NCBI GenBank assembly: GCA_040399745.1
Contig: JBBARP010000001.1
Coordinates: 202,617-266,616, forward strand
Reading direction: 5' to 3'
Length of the DNA: 64,000 bases
From: Bdellovibrionia bacterium
GTDB taxonomy: Bacteria; Bdellovibrionota; UBA1018
The notes beneath the pieces are model-generated. The model made no database searches. It had not been told where the DNA came from and was given only the letters and a program-made list of their open reading frames with translations. Numbering within the stretch: the stretch's first letter is position 1; each line of letters opens with the position of its first letter. Positions 28,001 through 37,077 of this stretch are shown here, piece after piece. A program made the translations under genes and the position numbers.

Positions 28001-28201
28001 ATGAACATTCGTATGGCATTGGCAGTGTGTGCGGCCCTCGGTGCAGTCTCGGTAGCAAGCAGCTCGACGGTTGCTTTCGCTCAGAAAAAAGAGTGCTCGG
28101 ACTGCAAGCGCAAAGGCAAGAAGTGCAGCTGTAAAGACGTGGAGCATTGCGACTGCGACCACGGCAAAGCTGAAGGCGAAAAAGCCGAAGCCAAGAAGTG
28201 A
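28001..28201 (+). CDS. Small secreted Cys/His-rich, metallothionein-like protein
   Basis: AAGGA RBS, 27-aa signal peptide ending AFA, 39-aa mature part with CxxC, CxC, HCxCxH, followed by a terminator. Confidence 0.7.
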   Translation: MNIRMALAVCAALGAVSVASSSTVAFAQKKECSDCKRKGKKCSCKDVEHCDCDHGKAEGEKAEAKK

Positions 28202-28243
28202 GATTCGAGAGGCGCTCGTCGGCGTCTCGAGATCGATTCAAAG

Positions 28244-28280
28244 AAAAAGCCGCTTCTCCAAAAGGAGAGGCGGCTTTTTT
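28244..28280. terminator. Bidirectional intrinsic terminator
   Basis: AAAAAGCCGCTTCTCC-AAAA-GGAGAGGCGGCTTTTTT between convergent genes. Confidence 0.9.
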
Positions 28281-28303
28281 ATTTTCCTGTGAGCGCTGGG
28301 CCG

Positions 28304-28879
28304 TCAGTTCTGGAGCAAGTCCGAAATGAAGTCGGGGTTCACGTAGTCTGCCGACAGGTCCAGCGGTGAAAAAGCGTGGGGCCGGTTGTACTCCTGGCCG
28401 TAGACCACGCCATCCAGCATGACATAGCCATGCTCGTGCTTTCCGCCGTCGCGGTCCCCCGGGTTCCAATGAACCCAGTGAATGATGGCCCCGGAGGGGG
28501 ATTGGCGGGTGGTGATGTAATCGCCACAGGCCTCGACCTGAACATTAGGGGTCAGCGACGGGAGGCCGCCAAAAGCCACGTTGTAGACCACTTCCAAGGT
28601 GTCTTGAGCCTTGGGGCCGATCTGAATTTCGAACTGTTGGTGCGTTTTTCGGACCTGGGTGATCCGGACCAGTCGCCCTTGGACGTGCGCCCTGGATTGG
28701 AACTGGTTCTTTCCTTTCTGTTTAAATTCAATCACTTGCTGGTTATTCACCGGCAGTGTTGAGCCATTCCGGTTGTCCAAGCAAGGTGGGACCGCCGCAT
28801 GCACGGCGCCTGCTAGGAAAAGGAATCCACCTACTGCCATTCGCCGCAGCTTCAGACCCGTCACGAGCACACGATTCAT
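28304..28879 (-). CDS. DUF3465-like secreted protein
   Basis: HQQFEI, VYNV, VEACGDY, GAIIHWVH...HEHGYVMLDGVVY. Signal-like N-terminus; start at 28879 or 28840. Confidence 0.7.
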   Translation of the reverse strand: MNRVLVTGLKLRRMAVGGFLFLAGAVHAAVPPCLDNRNGSTLPVNNQQVIEFKQKGKNQFQSRAHVQGRLVRITQVRKTHQQFEIQIGPKAQDTLEVVYNVAFGGLPSLTPNVQVEACGDYITTRQSPSGAIIHWVHWNPGDRDGGKHEHGYVMLDGVVYGQEYNRPHAFSPLDLSADYVNPDFISDLLQN

Positions 28880-28927
28880 ATTTATTTTTGGGTACGTGAG
28901 CCAGGCAGCCAAAGCAAGGAAAGAAAG

Positions 28928-28943
28928 TTGACACAATGTGTCA
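28928..28943. promoter_or_regulatory. Palindromic operator candidate overlapping a TTGACA hexamer
   Basis: TGACACA-A-TGTGTCA at 28929-28943 in a divergent intergenic gap; TTGACA at 28928-33. Confidence 0.5.
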
Positions 28944-28969
28944 GTTATGGTGATTTTCAGGCCGCTCTT

Positions 28970-31900
28970 ATGCAAACTTTCTTGAAACTCCTTTTACCGA
29001 CGCTTCTTTTGCTGTCCGGTTGCTCGCCCTCTTGGTTCGGCGGCAAAGAAAAGGACGAGAAACTTTCTCGCGACGCGGGTTATCGAACTCTGAATCCGGA
29101 GTGCTCCAATCTTCAACTGACCAGCTCGCGCATCAGCGCTCCGGACACACGGACACTCGTGCAGTGCTTAAATGCGAATGGTTCGTTGGGCCCTGTGGCC
29201 GAGCTCATGGGCGTCATGAGCGATGCGGAGCTCGACTCGGTTCTTGAGCTCGTCAATGAAGCGATTCTCGATCAACCCAAAGTGCATGCCCAATGGGATT
29301 CGCTTTGGCGCGCACTGGGGCCGCATTCGGAAAAATGGCTCAGCCCTTGGGCGCCGCTCCTCGAGCAAGGTGAGCTCGCTTCATCCGCACTGAGAGTTTT
29401 AGAAAGCTCTTGGAAGCGTGAGCCCAAGCTCGTTGAAGGGGTTTTGAAACGCCTTGCAACCGTGATTGAGCCAAAGGACTTGGCTTCGAATTTAGACGTC
29501 GCTCTGACCTTGGCTCGGGCGCGCGCCACACGATCGTTTTTGGAAAAGCTGAAAGGCCCTGCCCGAACCGGCGTCAGCGTCGAGAGTGTGGTTGCCGACT
29601 TGCAGCTCGCTGCACGAGAAGTCCGACTCGGAAAGTCTCCGGATGCGGTGAAGCTCCTTCTTCAGGCTGCCGAGTCGGGAAGGCTGCTTCGCTTTTTAGA
29701 CCGAGTGCACGGAGTGAGCGCTCAGGAAATTCAACTGGCCTTGCCGAGCAACGCAGCACTCATGGGCGCGTTGTTGCAATCGGCGCCGGGAGTTCACGGA
29801 GATTCGCAGGTCCGTCCGGGTGCCCTGGTCGATGGCTTGATGGATCTGATGGGCGCTGTACGCGGGCCCCAGCTTTGCCTGAACGGTGGAATCCGAATCG
29901 AGGATGGGCGCACCTTTGCGCTCAGAGAACTTCTGGCTCGTCCTGCCAAAGACATCGATGACGTCATTTTGCGCCGCTTGCCTTTGGAGCTGGTGGGCTT
30001 AGGCTCGTTCTGCAATCTCCCGGCATCTCTCTCGCAGCACTACGCCTGGGCTCAGCGCTTGGCGAGGTCGCCAGTCGTAGGTGAGGCGCACTTCGAATTG
30101 TCAGCGCTCGAGAAGGAAGGATTGATTGACCTCCTTCTCCTGCTTGCGACGCCCTCAAACGAAGATCCGCGCTCAGGTTTGCGGCGCTATCTTCCTTTTC
30201 TTTCCGAGCTCCAAGCGCGTGGAGCGCTGGATGATATCCTTCTCATTGCCGCTTTGCCGCCAGTACAGAAGTATCCGGGGCTTCAAGCCGCGCTTCGCAC
30301 TTGGATTGAACCAGCCCCCGAGCTGGATGGAAAGAGTCTGCTCGATGCTCTGCTCGTGATCTTGGAGCAAGCCGACCCGGCCGAGCTGTCGCAGCTGATC
30401 AGAAAATCTCAAGCCGCCTTAGAGACTCCCGGAGAGTGGCTCTCGCCACTTTTATCCGGAGCACGCTTTGCGACCTGGGCTACGGAAGATCACCCGGTGG
30501 CCGACGGGGCACGCGACGTCTTAGAGAAGCTGTCCAAGCGCTCGGAGTTACGCGCGACCGTGCTTCGACTCGGGCAAGTGCCTGAGTTTCCGCGTGCCAT
30601 GAATCACTTGGCCGCAATGGTTCGCGATGGGCGCGGGCACGATTTGATCGAGATCCTTGCGAAGCTTTTCCGCCAGCGCCTGACTTCTGAAGTGCCTCAA
30701 CCGATCGCTTTGAACGCTGAGCCGGGATTCATCCCAGTCGCAAGGCACGATTTGGCAGCTTCGGATCTTAAACCGTTTGGACAGAACTGGGCCGTGGCGG
30801 ATCGCTCGGAAGATCCCTGCTTGAACCTGGATTTCTCGGTTCGCTTGGATCACGTGGATCATCCGAAGTTTCCGCAAGCCTTTGCTGCATTCCGGGGCTG
30901 CGTGGCGCAGAACCCAAAAGGTGAAGCTTTTGCTCGAGGCTTGGGACACCTTCAGAACCTTCGCATGGCCGACACCGGTCAGTCGCTTTACAGCGAGCTG
31001 ATTGGCTGGATCAAGCGGACGAATTTAACGGCCGAGCAAGTGCGTGAGTTGGTGGATCGCACTTTGGCGCGCTCCGAAGACGCGCGCTTTGAGGGCTGGC
31101 TTCAGGGCGTGGGTTCCTTGGCAAAGATGGGGGATTCGCTCATTGAGCCGGTAGGAGAAATCCTGCGCCCTATCTACTCGGAAGCGCGCCCGCCACTTCG
31201 GTCCCTTCTGGATTCCTTAGGGGGAGTGCTTCGAGATCCCAACCTGCCTTCCGACATTCGTTATCTGCTGAGAATCTCGGACGACGCCGATCGTACGCGT
31301 CTAAGAAAGGCCAATGGCCTGTCGGTAGGCGCTGCTTCACACGCACTTCTTCCGCCCAAGCCCGTTTATCCGGACGACGCCCTTCACTCTGCGGTCAAGT
31401 ACCGGGAGTGCCGACCTGAGGCAGAGATCAGCGCGCGCATGCGAGAAATTCGTCTTGAGCACCGCGACGCCGTCAATAACTGGGAAATTCTCGAAGATGG
31501 CCGCAGGCGCCGTTCTTACTCGGACGCCGAGTTCCGAGAAGGCACGAAATTCCTGATCCAAAAGCTGACCGATCCCGCGCAGTCCAGACGGGACAAGAGC
31601 ATCCATCAAGCGCTTCTGAACGTGATGGAGTACTTCCGCTTGAAAGACGGCGAAGCACCGAGCGCTCGTCATCATTACGAACCTGGCTATTTTGGGCGCT
31701 GGCTGGATCAACTCTCAGGTCAGCAGCGCGCGATTGTTTACTTCCATCCGGAAGAAAAACGTCCGCGGGTCCGCTTGGTCAATTCCTTCGACAGCTTAGA
31801 GATCCTGCTTTTCAACGCCGACTTTGACTACGTCCTGAACGACAACTTCGGCCTGAAGTACCTGACTGCGGTTGCGCGCGCTTGGGGCGATGAGCCGGTC

Positions 31901-33208
31901 GAAGTGTGGCCTGCCGAGATTCGCGCTGAGTTTTCAGAATACGCCGAGACCGGGCGTGGAGAGCGGCCCAAGACCCTTCGCGAAGTGGTGAAAGCCATGC
32001 GCGACGAGCTCAAACTTTTCGGAAACTTGGGGCAGCCGCGGATGGATTACTGCGACAAGCCCAAGAACGCAGTCCCAGACGGCATCATTCTTCCGCCTAA
32101 GTCTCCGGTCATGGACCGCATTCCGATCGTGCGGGATTTGATCGGGCGCTTAAGCCCTCCCGGAATCAGCGACGCTAAAGCCCGGATGTTCAACCTCAGC
32201 CAGGTTCTGCCGGTTCTGGAAGAAATGCTTCCTGAGTCGAATCACCCGACTCAAGGATCGATCAAAGTCCTCCGTGATTTGTTCTGGGAAATGTGGAGTT
32301 CGACTCCCCGGGAGCACCAGGGTTCGCATAAGCGTGAGACTTTGAAGAATAACCTGAGCGTTGTGTCTCAGCTGGTGCGGCTGGGCTTGATGCGCGGAAT
32401 TGGGAAGAGTCTTGAGCAAGGCCCCTACACTCAAGACCATGAGGATTTCTTCTCGGTCTTTGTGGAAGCCGCTGCCCACCCGGCCATTCCTGAGATCATG
32501 GAAACCCTGTTCCGCACGGAGCAGGGGAAGGCCTTGAGCGCTTCTTTGGTTGAACTGGGACACCGGACGCGCGGGGACTTGGCATTCACTTTATTGACGA
32601 TGCTGAGGCAGCCCGAAGTTCCGCTCCTCGACCCGGCTCTCAAATGGCTGTCGCCCGTGACCCGGCGTTACGGAAATTCACTTTCGCTTCACTTAGACGG
32701 TTTGGGGCGGATCCTGTCTTCTGAGGATTTGGCGCATTGGCTGGAAACCTTCCGATTGGATTCCTCTCGGAATGAAAAGGCACGCCTCATTGGCCTGCTC
32801 TGGGAAGAGTTGCGAACACCCACTTGGACCACTCAGGCCCTAGAAGTCCTGTCAGCTGTTGACCGCGACCCCAGAGCTTTGGCGGCTTGGGGACGGATGG
32901 ATGATCGGCTCAGAAAGCTCACTGACTCGGCCGACTGGCAGGCCTGGAAGATGGGCGAGGCGGGGCGCCTGGTTTTGGAATACCTGACTGAAGAAGCCCC
33001 CTCTTGTAGCGCTCAAAGGATGCGGCAGTACTTAGGTGAACGCCTTGCGTCGCCTTTGGGGCGTCCAAGCGATATCGAGCGGCTCTTGGAAGTCTGGGCC
33101 CGTGAACCGGTGGCTTTGGAACAAACCCTTCATGCACTGCTTCGTTCGGTAGGTGACGGAGGAGTGAAAGAAATCCTGGATTTAGTGCGCCGCGGCATCT
33201 CAAAATAG
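28970..33208 (+). CDS. Very large hypothetical lipoprotein (1412 aa)
   Basis: MQTFLKLLLPTLLLLSG-C lipobox, Leu-rich helical pattern, ends 4 nt before moxR. Confidence 0.8.
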   Translation: MQTFLKLLLPTLLLLSGCSPSWFGGKEKDEKLSRDAGYRTLNPECSNLQLTSSRISAPDTRTLVQCLNANGSLGPVAELMGVMSDAELDSVLELVNEAILDQPKVHAQWDSLWRALGPHSEKWLSPWAPLLEQGELASSALRVLESSWKREPKLVEGVLKRLATVIEPKDLASNLDVALTLARARATRSFLEKLKGPARTGVSVESVVADLQLAAREVRLGKSPDAVKLLLQAAESGRLLRFLDRVHGVSAQEIQLALPSNAALMGALLQSAPGVHGDSQVRPGALVDGLMDLMGAVRGPQLCLNGGIRIEDGRTFALRELLARPAKDIDDVILRRLPLELVGLGSFCNLPASLSQHYAWAQRLARSPVVGEAHFELSALEKEGLIDLLLLLATPSNEDPRSGLRRYLPFLSELQARGALDDILLIAALPPVQKYPGLQAALRTWIEPAPELDGKSLLDALLVILEQADPAELSQLIRKSQAALETPGEWLSPLLSGARFATWATEDHPVADGARDVLEKLSKRSELRATVLRLGQVPEFPRAMNHLAAMVRDGRGHDLIEILAKLFRQRLTSEVPQPIALNAEPGFIPVARHDLAASDLKPFGQNWAVADRSEDPCLNLDFSVRLDHVDHPKFPQAFAAFRGCVAQNPKGEAFARGLGHLQNLRMADTGQSLYSELIGWIKRTNLTAEQVRELVDRTLARSEDARFEGWLQGVGSLAKMGDSLIEPVGEILRPIYSEARPPLRSLLDSLGGVLRDPNLPSDIRYLLRISDDADRTRLRKANGLSVGAASHALLPPKPVYPDDALHSAVKYRECRPEAEISARMREIRLEHRDAVNNWEILEDGRRRRSYSDAEFREGTKFLIQKLTDPAQSRRDKSIHQALLNVMEYFRLKDGEAPSARHHYEPGYFGRWLDQLSGQQRAIVYFHPEEKRPRVRLVNSFDSLEILLFNADFDYVLNDNFGLKYLTAVARAWGDEPVEVWPAEIRAEFSEYAETGRGERPKTLREVVKAMRDELKLFGNLGQPRMDYCDKPKNAVPDGIILPPKSPVMDRIPIVRDLIGRLSPPGISDAKARMFNLSQVLPVLEEMLPESNHPTQGSIKVLRDLFWEMWSSTPREHQGSHKRETLKNNLSVVSQLVRLGLMRGIGKSLEQGPYTQDHEDFFSVFVEAAAHPAIPEIMETLFRTEQGKALSASLVELGHRTRGDLAFTLLTMLRQPEVPLLDPALKWLSPVTRRYGNSLSLHLDGLGRILSSEDLAHWLETFRLDSSRNEKARLIGLLWEELRTPTWTTQALEVLSAVDRDPRALAAWGRMDDRLRKLTDSADWQAWKMGEAGRLVLEYLTEEAPSCSAQRMRQYLGERLASPLGRPSDIERLLEVWAREPVALEQTLHALLRSVGDGGVKEILDLVRRGISK

Positions 33209-33212
33209 GGGC

Positions 33213-34205
33213 ATGGCTCAAACAGACGTCCAGGCACTCACCGAAGAGATCAAACAGCGGTCGCGTTTTGTCGACGACATCCTAGGAGAAGCTTCCAAAG
33301 TCATCGTGGGACAACGAGTCCTACTCGAGCGGCTTTTGAACGCCATGCTTTGCGATGGGCACGTTCTTTTGGAAGGACTGCCCGGTCTTGCAAAGACCCT
33401 GACGATCAAAACTTTGGCCGACATCATCCACGCGGATTTTCAACGCGTGCAATTTACTCCCGATCTTCTTCCTGCCGACTTGGTGGGCACGATGATTTTC
33501 AATCAGCGAACGGGCGAGTTCACTCCGAAGAAAGGGCCGATCTTCACTCACTTGGTTTTGGCCGATGAAATCAACCGCGCCCCTGCGAAAGTGCAAAGCG
33601 CGCTGCTTGAAGCCATGGGCGAGCATCAGGTGACCATCGGTGAAACCACTTACGGGATGCATGAACTCTTCGTGGTTTTGGCCACGCAGAATCCGATTGA
33701 GCAAGAAGGGACCTATCCACTTCCCGAAGCGCAGCTCGACCGTTTCTTGTTCAAGGTGAAAGTGGGCTATCCCAGCATCACGGACGAAAAAACCATCCTG
33801 AACCGCATGTCGGGCGTCAGTGCCCCGAAGGCGCAGAAAGTGTGTCATCCGGATGCCATCTTGGAAGGCCGAAAGCTGGCCTCCCGCATCTACATGGATG
33901 AGAAGTTGAAGGATTACATTCTGTCGATCATCTTCGCGACCCGGAATCCCGAGAAGATGGGCTTGTCGCAGTTGAAGCCCTGGATTCAGGTGGGAGCAAG
34001 CCCACGCGCTACGATCGCGCTTGCGAAAGCATCGCGAGCGAACGCTTTCATTCAGCACCGCGGGTTTGTGACTCCTGAAGATGTGAAGTCGATTGCTTAC
34101 GATGTGCTTCGTCACCGCATCTTGGTTTCCTTTGAAGCGGAAGCCGAAGGGGTGGACAGCGAGCAGATCATTCGCAGGATTCTGGAACAGGTCGAGGTTC
34201 CCTGA
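33213..34205 (+). CDS. moxR: MoxR-family AAA+ ATPase
   Basis: HVLLEGLPGLAKT, RVQFTPDLLPAD, LADEINRAPAKVQSALLEAM, ATQNPIEQEGTYPLPEAQLDRF, GASPRA. Confidence 0.95.
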   Translation: MAQTDVQALTEEIKQRSRFVDDILGEASKVIVGQRVLLERLLNAMLCDGHVLLEGLPGLAKTLTIKTLADIIHADFQRVQFTPDLLPADLVGTMIFNQRTGEFTPKKGPIFTHLVLADEINRAPAKVQSALLEAMGEHQVTIGETTYGMHELFVVLATQNPIEQEGTYPLPEAQLDRFLFKVKVGYPSITDEKTILNRMSGVSAPKAQKVCHPDAILEGRKLASRIYMDEKLKDYILSIIFATRNPEKMGLSQLKPWIQVGASPRATIALAKASRANAFIQHRGFVTPEDVKSIAYDVLRHRILVSFEAEAEGVDSEQIIRRILEQVEVP

Positions 34206-34208
34206 GTC

Positions 34209-35099
34209 GTGGAAACACGGCAGCTACCCGAAGACCTGCTTCAGCGCGTGAAGCTGATTGAACTCGCCACCCGTCGAACGGTGGACGATGCCTTGTCGGG
34301 CTCTTTCAAGAGCTCGTTCAAGGGCACCGGCGTTCAGTTTGCCGAGCACCGGCAATACGTTGCGGGCGACGATGTTCGTCATATTGACTGGAAAGTCAGC
34401 GCCCGGACGCGCGACCCGCTCATCAAGAAGTTCGACGAAGAACGAGAACTCACGGTTCTCTTGGTGGTCGATATTTCGGGTTCTCTTGGCTTTGGTTCAG
34501 GCTCGAAATTGAAGTCCGAAGCCGTTGCGGAGCTGGCTGCTTTGATCACGCACGCTGCGAGCCGCGCAGGTGATAAAGTTGGACTTCTCCTTTTTGCTGG
34601 GAAGGTCGAGAAACTGATTCCGCCCAGGAAAGGGCGAAATCACTTACTCAGAATGATCCGTGAGTTGCTGATTGAGCGCTCGACTACGCCGGGTACTGCG
34701 CTCGACGACGCACTTCTCAGCGCCAGCCGCTTGATGAAGCACAGCGGGATTGTTTTTCTGATCAGCGACTTTCACGCGCGTGACTTCTCAATCGAGCTCA
34801 GTCGCCTATCGCGGCGAAATGACGTGGTGGCGTTAAACGTACGCGACCTTCACGAAGAGAAGGTCCCTTCGGTGGGGCGTCTGTTAGTCGTCGATCCTGA
34901 GACGGGACAAGAGGTCTGGATCGATACGGATTCTTACGGCTTTCGGAAGTGGTTAGAGACTTTTGAAAAAGCGGACGCCTCTCATCGCCGGGATGCCTTT
35001 CGCGGCGGTCGAGTCGAAGAAGTGAGACTCGAGACGCGCCAGGATTACGCTGATGCTTTAGTGCACTACTTGCGCGCTCGTGCTCGGAGGCGGAAGTGA
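34209..35099 (+). CDS. DUF58 / VWA domain protein
   Basis: FKGTGVQFAEHRQYVAGDDVRHIDWKVSAR, EEREL, DISGS, ISDF. Confidence 0.92.
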   Translation: METRQLPEDLLQRVKLIELATRRTVDDALSGSFKSSFKGTGVQFAEHRQYVAGDDVRHIDWKVSARTRDPLIKKFDEERELTVLLVVDISGSLGFGSGSKLKSEAVAELAALITHAASRAGDKVGLLLFAGKVEKLIPPRKGRNHLLRMIRELLIERSTTPGTALDDALLSASRLMKHSGIVFLISDFHARDFSIELSRLSRRNDVVALNVRDLHEEKVPSVGRLLVVDPETGQEVWIDTDSYGFRKWLETFEKADASHRRDAFRGGRVEEVRLETRQDYADALVHYLRARARRRK

Positions 35100-36088
35100 G
35101 GGAATCGCTGTTCCACCGAAAGCGCCTTCGCATTCTTGGAGCTTGGCTAGCGCTGGGCCTCTTTGCTTCGTTGGACGGTCAAGGTGCAGCCGAATTTCCG
35201 TTGAAGCCTTGGGAAGGGTACCTCCCGTCGCACATTCGCGTGGGCGATATTTTGGTTTTCAGAATCGACGAATTGCCGAGAGGAAAAGGCCCGATCGAAG
35301 TAGATACGGCCCCGTGGCGTGAAGCCAAGTGGCTGGTGCTTTCGGTCAAACCCACCGAGAAAGAGGGAAGTCTCCGAGTGGAATTGATTCCGACGGCCAT
35401 AGGAACCGGGGCGATTCCTCAAGCGTCAGTAGCCTTTCAGGGCGAGAAAGAGGTTCTCGGGCAAACCACGAGCCTGGCCATCACGGTGGATGCGGAACCC
35501 GAAGAGAAGCTGAAAGAGCTCTCAGAAAAACCGCCGGTGCCAGCGCGATTGCCAGCGCGCATGCCTTTTCCGGCGAGTGTGTTTTGGGCGGTCGCAGGCG
35601 TATTTTCCACCGGAGTTCTTGCTCTGGGGTTTGTGGCCGCGCGAAGGCTTCGGGGCTGGCTCGCAGCTCGGCGTGCCAAGCTCCTGGCGCGTTTGATTCC
35701 GCCACCAGTGACCGAGGATGTGGCAGCCGTCCGAGCGCTTCGCGAACTGGGTTCTCAGGGACTGGTGCGGCGGGGCCTGCACAAGAAGCACTACTTTGGG
35801 ATGTCGGACATCTTGAAACGCTACATCGGAGCGCGCTGGGGGCTGGATGTGTCCGAGTGCACCACGCGCGAACTTCCCGAGCGGCTTCGTGAGGGGAATC
35901 TCTCTGAGACTTGGATTCAAGAGTGGGACTCACTTTTTCAGCGCTTGGACTGGGTGAAGTTTGCAGACCGGAAGCCCTCGCCCGAGGAAGCAGACGCTCT
36001 GTTAGATGAATCCGTGGCCCTGGTCGAGCGAACCCGAAAGCGCGTGGTGGAATCCGTGCTTTCGGCCTCTTCGGAGGCGCGGCCATGA
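35096..36088 (+). CDS. Membrane-anchored Bat-operon protein
   Basis: Signal peptide, internal TM, C-terminal SDILKRYI...ECTTREL...DWVKFA, typical of the gene between DUF58 and batA. Confidence 0.7.
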   Translation: MRESLFHRKRLRILGAWLALGLFASLDGQGAAEFPLKPWEGYLPSHIRVGDILVFRIDELPRGKGPIEVDTAPWREAKWLVLSVKPTEKEGSLRVELIPTAIGTGAIPQASVAFQGEKEVLGQTTSLAITVDAEPEEKLKELSEKPPVPARLPARMPFPASVFWAVAGVFSTGVLALGFVAARRLRGWLAARRAKLLARLIPPPVTEDVAAVRALRELGSQGLVRRGLHKKHYFGMSDILKRYIGARWGLDVSECTTRELPERLREGNLSETWIQEWDSLFQRLDWVKFADRKPSPEEADALLDESVALVERTRKRVVESVLSASSEARP

Positions 36089-37077
36089 GGTTTGCTTACC
36101 CGTGGGTTTTTGCTCTTCTGATTTTGATTCCGCTCCTTCATCGTTTTTGGACTCGGCAAGCTCGGGGCCCTTCGATTCGTTTCCCGCTTTCGGTGGGATC
36201 TTCCGCAGTGGCCCGCGATCCGCAGGCTTGGCTAAAGTGGGTTCGCTACCTCGCGCTCATTCTTCTCGTGGTCGGTTTGGCTCGCCCTCAGTCGAGCTTT
36301 CGTGAGACCAAGCGCTCGGTCAGCGGCATCGACATCATGATGGTGATGGATTTCTCCCGCTCCATGAGCATTCGCGATCTGGGGAATTCCTCGCGACTGG
36401 ACCTGGCCAAGAACGTGATGGAGCGATTCATTCAAGGACGCGTGAATGACCGAGTGGGCTTTGTCGCGTTTGCGGGCGAACCGATTACGCTCTCGCCGCC
36501 GACGCTGGATTCTCGCTTAGTTCTTCGTGCGCTTCACGACTGGAAGATCGGTGTTCTCAAAGATGGAACCGGGATTGGCGATGGCTTGTCGCTTGCCGTG
36601 GATCGCCTTCGCAATTCCACGGCGAAGAGCCGAGTGATTGTTCTTCTCACCGACGGCGACAATAATTCTGGCCAGATCGATCCGGCTACGGCGGGAAGTC
36701 TAGCAGCAGGCTACGGAATCCGGGTCTACACGATTGCGATCGGCACTGAGGGGCGCGTCCAGCTCCCCATTGAGCGTGAGACCGCTCTCGGGAAAACCAT
36801 CATCACGGGCTATCAGTGGTTTGATAGCGCCTTAAATCCCGAGCTTCTTCAGCAAATTGCTGAACTCACTCAAGGGCGATTTTACCGTGTGACCGATCAG
36901 GACACCTTGGGGCGCGTGTTCAAAGAAATCGATCAGCTTGAGAAAACCGAAATTCAAACGTCCGAGCGAATTCGATTTGAAGAGAATTACGCTCTGCCCG
37001 TGCAGGCGGGATTACTGCTTTTGATCTTGGCTCAAGTGGCGGTGATTTTTCCACGTCGGGGAGTACCCATCGGATGA
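36085..37077 (+). CDS. batA: BatA-like VWA domain membrane protein
   Basis: MRFAYPW, LARPQ, MIDAS DFSRS, DRVGFVAF, GTGIGDGL, VLLTDGDNNSG. Confidence 0.85.
   Translation: MRFAYPWVFALLILIPLLHRFWTRQARGPSIRFPLSVGSSAVARDPQAWLKWVRYLALILLVVGLARPQSSFRETKRSVSGIDIMMVMDFSRSMSIRDLGNSSRLDLAKNVMERFIQGRVNDRVGFVAFAGEPITLSPPTLDSRLVLRALHDWKIGVLKDGTGIGDGLSLAVDRLRNSTAKSRVIVLLTDGDNNSGQIDPATAGSLAAGYGIRVYTIAIGTEGRVQLPIERETALGKTIITGYQWFDSALNPELLQQIAELTQGRFYRVTDQDTLGRVFKEIDQLEKTEIQTSERIRFEENYALPVQAGLLLLILAQVAVIFPRRGVPIG

Noticed and set aside
20309..28280. Genomic island integrated at tRNA-Ala
   Set aside because: No integrase or transposase, and I saw no repeat of the tRNA 3' end. A computational repeat search would be needed to exclude it fully.
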